A DNA stretch of 64,000 nucleotides from a virus. Position numbers and translations under genes: made by a program. The DNA is taken from IMG/VR virus record IMGVR_UViG_3300034101_006340, positions 64,001 through 128,000 of that record, one strand, 5' to 3'. Shown here piece by piece: positions 40,701-49,700 of this stretch. The notes under the pieces are model-generated. The model had not been told where the DNA came from and did not search any database. It saw nothing but the letters and a program-made list of their open reading frames with translations. Positions within the stretch are counted from its first letter, which is position 1. Every line of letters begins with the position of its first letter.

Positions 40701-43700
40701 AATAGTCTTGGCCAACCCAATCACCAATTCCACCATACCAATTCATCAATCTTGTTAATCCATCTCCTATCCAACTAAGAGTCATAGGATCAAAATATGG
40801 CATAGTACTATTTTCTGCCCTTAAATTAAACAAGTCATTTCCAAATTTTTGTATTAAATCTTTTCTGGTACTAGTTTGTGGAAATTCATTATACGGGTTA
40901 AAAATCAGTTTAACAAGATCATTAACATTGGCATTTTCTGGTAATGCAACAGATAAGTCACTAGCTGCTAGTTTGCCGTCTCGTCCAACGGTCTGGATCT
41001 TAGTTCCTTGAAGTTGTGTACTTATTAGGTTTTGCCAATCTCCGCTAAGAGCCATCGATCCAACCTTGCCGAATCTAGCTGAAGTACCATAGCTTCTGAA
41101 TACATCAGCTATATTTGCTTTCTGATCATAAAATTGTTTTAATAAAGACGTATTGCCTTGAGCTATATCAGCAAAAGCACCAGCTGCTCCACCTATCATT
41201 AGGTATGCATTATTTAACATATTAGCAGCTTGTGGACTATTAGCTTTTGGCATTAGTGCTTGGCTAATATAGCCACCAGCTTGATTAAATAATCCGCTCA
41301 TATAAGATGATGCATCTTTATAATTTCCAAGAGCAGCTACTCTCATGGCTTGAGTACCACCGTAATTAGCAACCCATCCTGTTGGCAACCCGCCTAAATT
41401 ATTAAATAACTGCATTGCTCCACGAATCATAAGTAAAGTTGCTTGTGTATTTTCTTTATCAGAAAAAACCTTGCCTTTAGTTATTGCGGAATTGTCTACT
41501 TTGGCTGCGGCCCCTGCCATCATAGTTTGTAGGCTCTGTAGTTTATCTACAAAAAAGTCCCCTATGGGAACACTGATAGCATTATCACTAAAACCAGCAA
41601 AAATATCTCTGCCTGCTGTACCAGCCCCACCCGGCACATCTAGGGCTTTTAACAAACCTACTGGACCACCTTTAAAACTTAATCTAACTAAATCCTTTAC
41701 CGCTTGTTGTTTAGCGGCATAATCTGGATCTTTATTTAGTTGCGCTTTTAATAAATCTGCAATTGCAGTACCCACATTTGGATCAGCTAAATTAGAATTA
41801 GCTAAAATATCTGCTCCTGTATATTTTTTATTTGTAAATAATCTAGATCTCTCTGTATCCAGTTGTTGGAACAGTGTTTTATCAATCTTATCAGGTAATA
41901 AATATGTAAAGGGTGCTCCAACAAATTCTTTTTTGGCACCATCAAATAATTTACCAGTATACTGAGTATATTGTACGGGTATGTCGATTCCTTGACCCAT
42001 ACCTACAGGTAAAACATCTCGAATATTGGCAGGTAAATCTAATTTAATTGGATCTGTTATAGTACTAGTTTTTATTCCGCTCTTATTTATAAGATCATCT
42101 AATGTTTGTTTAGAAGCCCTTTCTGCAAATCCTTTGCCTAAATATGTATCTATGGCGCCATTTACCATAAAAGGTAGTTCCGTTTCTCCTCCGTTAATAG
42201 TATCTGTAATCTTAAAACCTTCAGCTAATGTAAACTCATCCAATGGTCCTGCTAAACCAGGAATACCGAATTTAACTTTCTCCTTTGAAGCTTTAGCCTT
42301 ATTACTTCTTGCTAATTCAAGTCCTTTAATAAAGTCTGCTTCCATGCTTTTTTGTGCAACAGTAATAGCGCTGACATTTTGTAGTCCGTCGAATATAGAT
42401 AAATTTGTACCAATACTATCATTTGTAAGAGTTGCGCTTGGAATTGTATTACTAAATAATCCAAATAATATCTCTTGTAGTTTACTGCCCTCTTCTGTAT
42501 AATTAAGATTTCCTTTTAAGAATTCTCTAGTATTAATTAGTAATTCATTAAGCTTTGCATTTTCCACATTAGTTTCTGCTATTTTATCAGCTAAAATTAA
42601 ATCTAAACCTTGTCCTGTTGCTAATTCTGGATATTTAAGAACATTTGTTCCCACAATATTCCAGTCTCCAGAATAGTCTTTACCAAAATATGGACTTTCA
42701 GGTAAAAATTGAAGATTAGTTTTTGCTTTTGTGGCCGATGCCACAGCATGTGGTTTACCAGCACCCAGATACATGGCATATGTATCCTGTGTATAAACCC
42801 CAAGAGCGGGTCTACCAGAAAGCTCTTGACTATCAATAGGTACTTCTCCGGCCATAACTGGAGAACGACCTGTTTTATAGAATACTCCAGCAGATTTACC
42901 TTGTTTACTTGTTGTAATTTTATTAGTTGTTTGACTAAAAACATCTCCTTCTTTCAAAGGATCTCCAAAATTAGATGCATCTATCGTAGCAATAGGTAGA
43001 GTAACTGTTTCGATTCCAGCAAATTTTGTTTTGATACTTTCGGCTTTTTTTTCTGCGTCGTTTTTAGAAAGCTTATCAATTGTTTCTAAAGCAGGATCTT
43101 GGAAATATAACCTGTCGTCTGGTTTTGCTGGGCTCAGAGCACTAGCTCTATTCATTAAAGCATTATTGTGTTTGTAACTATATTCATAATCATTTCTTAC
43201 AATATCTGGAGTATATCCTGGAACTGGTGGACCAGGAATAATATTTGGAGAATCTAACCCATACCCCTCTTTTCCAGGAATTGCTGAGGCCATCATTTTA
43301 TAGGTAGATGTATAAACATCGGGCAGTGCAAATAATGGAGATGTGGCAATATCCCATGCTATTTTATTAGAATCTACGTCTTTAAGAATTGGTTTTTCTA
43401 AAGTCTGACCGGCTCCTAGTGTTTTATCACGATCTCCATAATTTGTAATGAAGCCTCCGGCAGCATAATAAGAGACTTTGCCTCCGTTGGCATAACCATT
43501 ATTAATGGATTGTAGTAATGGTAAATTAGCTTGGGTAGCTTTGCGATTAACAACAAATTCTCCAGGCGTCAGCATTGCTGGTACAGTATCCGTACCTCTT
43601 GGCTGGAAATTAACCATTTGTCCAGCAGATGCATATATCAATCCGCCTGTAGCAATTCCGGGTGCTGCTGGAGCTGCGCCGGGTGCTGGGGGCGGAGCTT

Positions 43701-46700
43701 TCATTATTGATACAATACTATTGACATTAGTAGCAATATCTCTAAGTTCTGCATTTTGAAAAGTTAAAACTGCTTGTTGTAATCCTTCAACTATAAGCTT
43801 GGCATTACTTTGAGCAATTCTATCTGCTAGCGTAGCATCAAGTTGTCCTAACAATCTAGTAGCTTGAGATTGTTCCACAATGGCCTGATTATAGTATTGA
43901 ATTGCTGCTGCTGTTGCTGGATCTTGTTCTGGATTACGTAGACTATTGAGCACTTGTTGCATTAGTGGGGATACTCCCATCCCAGCTTCTTGAAGCATCG
44001 TTTCTAAAACATTGGCTCTGACTTGATTACCTTGTTGGCTGTCTCCTAAAAATGGTAAAATATCCTGTAGTGCTCCGAGGGTTTCTTTTCTTTCATTGGC
44101 GAAAGCTGCTTGAGCTTCTCTCATAGCTTCTGTAGCGCTTGCTCCACTTTCCAATGCTTGTATATAAGCTCTTTGTGCTCCAATACTATTTTGTATAGTA
44201 TTTTGTTGTCCATTTATATTTCGCTGTAGTCTGATTAAGGCGTTGTTTGTTGATTCTAATTCATCTGGTGTAGCAGTAACTATTTTCTCTAAAAAGCTAA
44301 CTCTTCCAGCGGCTTTTTGTTGGGCTTGTTGAATAGCGTCCAAAGCAGCACTGGCTTTTTCAGTGTTATTGGCCATATCTTCTAGCGCGGCTCTGTTTTC
44401 TCTGAGTGCTATATTAGTATTTTTTAGTTCATTATTGAACTTAACAAAATCGGCTGCGCCAGCTAGCCCTTGCTCGGCACTCTGTCGTACACTAGATTGT
44501 TGCATTTGTCTAGTGGTATCCAAAGCCAAAAATTGATTAAAAATATCTGTTGGATCTGTTAATCCACCGGTCTGTCCAGCAACCTCCGCATCTCGTTTGG
44601 CAAAAGCGTCCGCAACCTTTATAGTTTTACCAAGAGCTTTAGCTAAATTTAAACTAGCGTCTGTAACAAGTTGTATAGATTTTCTAGACCGGTCTCTGGC
44701 GCTGACTTCTAGTTCTATAATACGATTAAGATTATTAGTATATTGATTTAAAACACTTTGATAATGTTCTAATGCTTTTATAACGCTTTGTTGTGCATTT
44801 TTGGCTACTTCTGTGACGCTTCCTAGTCCAGCAATTTTTTCAGATAGTTTTGCATAATCAACACTATCTTCGCCTTCCTTGCGTATATCAGTAATACTAT
44901 CTCCAACTTCTTTGGCTAGTTTATCAGCTAATTCTGGTGGCAAACCTAGATCTTTTAATGTTGTTTTTAAGTTTCTGTCAATAATTCTAGTTAATGCTTC
45001 ATTAGTAACATTTCCTCCTTGATCTCTAAGAGTATTATTTATAGTAGACATTACCGATGAAGTAATAGTCTCACCAAAAGTTGCTAACTGCGTCATCTCC
45101 GCTGATCTATTACCATATAAAGCTCCTCCAACAGAAGCAGCTCTTTGTACTTCGGGAGCGCTGTATGCTGTAGGATTTTGAATAATATTTTTTGCACCTA
45201 AATTAATATCCCCGGCCTGTGCTTGACCTTGAAATGCGGAAGTTGATAATTCAACGCTATTTTTCATCTTTTCTAAAGAAAATACCGTTGCATTAATGGC
45301 TTGATCCATATTATTGAACATACGTTGTAATGAACGAGTGTAAACACCAACAAGATTTCCAAAATTTTTCTGCGTTTTTTCTCTTAAGGCGGTTTCACTT
45401 CGTTCTCTTAACATAGCTGTTCCGGTTATAGAAATAAGATCCTTAATTCGAGCTTGTCTAGCTTCTTCCGTTAAAGATGTATCTAGTTCAATAGATCTTA
45501 TATGAGTAGCTAGTGAAGCATCTGCCATAACTAAACTTCTCTTAAAATCTTCTGCTTCTGGTCCACCTAAAATATCTTCTACAGATTCTCCTGCTTTGAT
45601 TCTAGAAACAATAACTTGATTAATATTTTCAGCAACAGGCTTAAAGATTGCTGCTGATTCACGACCACTGACTGCTGATGTTCTACCACGAATATTTTCT
45701 AGACCTTGTTGTCCAGCAAATAAGGTTTTCAAATATGGAATAATACCTTCTGTTTCTAAAATTTGTCCTCGTGCTGATGCTTGTCTAGAAGCAGTAATAT
45801 CACCAGAAAAGAAACTTTGTAGATTGGCTGATAGAACATCCAGGCCATTCACCAAACCAGCGGAAGCACTGTCTTGACTCATTTGCCGTTGTCTTTCAGC
45901 TGCTTGAGCTGCTGTAATAACTTTGCTCTGAAGTTCATTTCTTAAATCTATTTGATTAACATCTTTGTTAAGTTTTTCAAATCCTTCAGCCAATCCTTCT
46001 ATTGCTGTTTCGACTCTTTTTTTCTCTAATTCTATTGCAAAATTACGTACAGCATTGTATGCTTGTCGTGCTGCTTCCGCAACCACGGCCAATACTTGTA
46101 ATCTACCAGCTACTCTCCCTATAGTCCCTGCAAAGTTAGCCATCCTAGGATTAGTTGCACGAAGACTATCTGCCATATTAGTAGCTTCTTGTATCAATTG
46201 TTGGGTTGCTCCATAAGTTTGAGAAGCACCAGCTATTGCTCCACCAACACCCGCTTCTGTTGCGCTAGATTTTGTATTTAAAACATCTGCAACTAGAGTT
46301 CCAACGGTCATAATAGCCATATTACGCATTGTTCTGGCTTGATATTCTGCTCCTTGTACTGCTCCTGGAGAAGTCGCCCCTTCTGCTGCGGCAGTACCTT
46401 CTACCGCTCGTCTTCTAGCACTAATTTCTTCGTCTAATGCCGCTCGTCTTGCTCTTGCAGTATCCTCATCAATAGCACCAGAGGCCAAATCAGCTTCTAT
46501 TCGTTGTCTAGTGGTTTGAGTTAATCTTTGGTTCATTTGATCCAAAGTTCTGCTATCTCTAGCCAAGATCTGAAATACTCTAGCTAAATCATCTCCATCC
46601 GCTCCTAAAGCATCTAAGTCTATTGATGTTCCAGTAACACCGCCACCGAATGCTACAGTTTCATATGCTTGTCTTCTTCTATCGTTTTCTCCTGCTCTAA

Positions 46701-49700
46701 GTTCAGCTTGAACTTCTTCTTCGGTTCTAGCAACTCCGGTTGTTGCCGATGGGGTGGTTCTAAGAGTAGCTTCAGCAGCCGCTCTTGCTCTATCAACCTG
46801 CTGTTGTACAAGACCCAGAGCATCTTGTATAGCGGCGCCTGAAATATCTCCTAATTGTTGTCTTATAGCAATTTCATTTTGCGTTGCTGTTGTTGCTTGT
46901 TGCACAGCTGTTTCTAAATCGAATATAACATCCGCAGCAGCACCAGCTGCTCTTGCAGCGGCTAAATCTGCCTGAGCCGCTCTTTCTGCTTCTGCCGCCG
47001 TGGCTTGATAGCTCCTATTCAATAAAGCAGCAGATCTTGATCCATTAACTCCTAATGCTTGTAATGTTTCTGCTAATTGCGTTAATGCTGTGGTAGCTTG
47101 TGTACTAGCACCTATAGTTTCAGCGGAAACTGTGTCTGGTCGTGCGGCCGGGGCTCGTCGGCCTCGTCCTCCAAAAAAGAATTTCTGGATTCGTCCACCG
47201 TTATTAAATCCTAATGCTTCGGTAGCTTTCTTGCGAATAACAAAACTACCAACCTCAAGAGGTACTGGACCAAATGTGTCAGTATTACCAGAGCCAGGAA
47301 CGATACCAACTCCTCCACCACTAGCATATCTATCAGCATAATTCATTTTATTAAGTTTAGCATATCCTATGCTTTTAGCTAGTTTCGGCCCTATTACAGC
47401 TTCGCCGGGTGTTAATAATGCTGGAACATAACCCCCGTCTGCAAATCTGCTTAATGGTCCACCAATATTTTTCTTACTTAATTTCATTCCCATAGAACGA
47501 ATAATATTATCTACTTCCGCATCAGATACTTCGCTACCATAGCTATCTAATAAAGCATATAGAGTTTCTGATAATCCTGTTATACGTCCTTGATTTGGAA
47601 CAGCAGCTCCTTTTAATAATGCCTGATAGTCTGGCAAGGCTTTTTGTGCTTTAGATAATTTGCGTTGTATCGAAGCTTTTTCATCGGGATCAGTTTCTGA
47701 TGCCAGATCGTTTTGCAATTGGGATATGTATCCTGGGAAAGATTTTTGAATATGACTATCTATAGCTTGATCAAAAGATAATTGACCCGTCTTTTTAAAT
47801 GATCCTATGGCTTCTTCTGCTTGAGTATAAACTAAATTGCCTGCTTCGGCAGCGAGTGCGGCATTAGCCCGTGCTTCCCTAGCACTAGCCGCAGGTGTTT
47901 TAGTTGCTGTTGCTCGACCAAACGGCAGAATTTCTTCTATCTCAGAATACCATCCATCATATTGTTTTATTAAATCTGGTTTCAGTGCTTCAAAAGCATC
48001 TGGTTCAATATTATCAGGTATTTTTACTAATTTTTTACCCAAAGACATTCCTGCTCCACCAGATTCAAACACCCATTGCTGAATTTTTTGTGCATACTCT
48101 GCTAATGGTTTTGGTAATGGTACACCAAGATGATTTCCCCATCCAGGACCACCATATTCTCCGGCTTGGGCATATGCTTGCTCTGCAAATAATTCGTATT
48201 GTTTTGGTTCAAGAGGCACAAAACCTTTTGGTCCACGAGATCCTCGTCTAATATTTTTGGTAGATCTATCTTTAACACCTCCGGGAGAACCGTCTTCAAA
48301 GCCCTGTACTAATCCACCCAAATTAAATCTATCAGGATTTTCTGTAAAATATCTTTCAAACTCGCTTCTTGCTTTATCAAAAGCGCTGCCGTTTAATGTT
48401 CTCTTAACTTCTGTTTCTATATTAGATGGTAAATTAAATAAAGAGGCCGCATTACCAAGACCAGCGGGAAAATCTATGGCCCTAGTAGCTTCTAGAGCAT
48501 CTACGTTGATTTGATAGCCTAATTTTTGAGCTAACGCCTGTTCTAATAACGATCCCTCGATATTACCTTCACCAGTTTTGGTATACATTTTTTGATCATC
48601 AAAAGATTCTGGTTCTTGGTATCGATATGACTGAACTCCTTTTTTCTCTGCTGCTTTAATATTTTCTTCATTATCATCAATAAATTTTTCAATAGCTGCT
48701 AAATTAGCAGCTTTTCCTGCGGCAATATTTGTTCCAAGCCCTTTGCTTACGCCGGTAATATCGGTAGCTTGATATGGCAACCCGAATCTATTTAATGTGG
48801 CGGCAACTAAATCGGCTGTGGTTTGTGGTCTTGCTGTTAAAACCCTAGTAAGTCTTCTAACTATGCCTGGATTTTTTTGTTCAACCTCGGACAATCTTTG
48901 TGCAAGTCTTGAGGGCCTAGCTTTTGCTAAACTTGCTTCTACTTTATCTCTTAAAGAATAACTAGCAATATCTTCTTTACCGCTCTCATCGACCATTTTT
49001 GTTCCAAAAGCTAATGTTTCATCAAAATCTATAGCTAGTGGTCTAATTGGTCCAACAATTGGTGCTTCTGTTTGACTTAATGGTCCTAGTGCTTCTGTTG
49101 CTGTTGTATCTTTAGCAAAATCTAGACTGGCTTGTCTTTGTCTTTCTCTTAATTTTTTAACATCTCCTAGATACTGTTTACTAAATCCTCTAATCATTGC
49201 AGTATATTTTTGACCGTTCAATGGATTGTCTGGACCAAGATCTAGCGTCCATTCTTTATCACTGCTATAATCTATTGGTTGCAACCCTGCTATGGCTACT
49301 TTTCTTAATCCTCTTTTACGAGTTTTTTCGTCTGTATCAACTTGTTTAGCTTTATTCAAAATACCAGCGACAACCAAAGGATCAAGTCTGCCGGTAAGAA
49401 TACCGTCTTTTCTAAGTTTTCTTTGTAAATTAGAGGGAATAGCAACTCCACGATCCCGTATTCCTGCTTCATTACCAAGATCTGCTAATGTTTTTACTAA
49501 AGTGTCTGTTATAGCCTGTTGAATAGACTGATCTTGTTTTTTATTTTTGATAGCAATCTGACCAATTTCACCATATTGTTCTACTATTACAGGGTCTATC
49601 TCTTCTGTTTCTCCGCCAACAGCAAATTTTTGAATTAGTCCACCAAAAAATTTTTTCTTTTTGCCAGAATTCGCCTTGAACGATCCTCCTGCGCCTGTGA

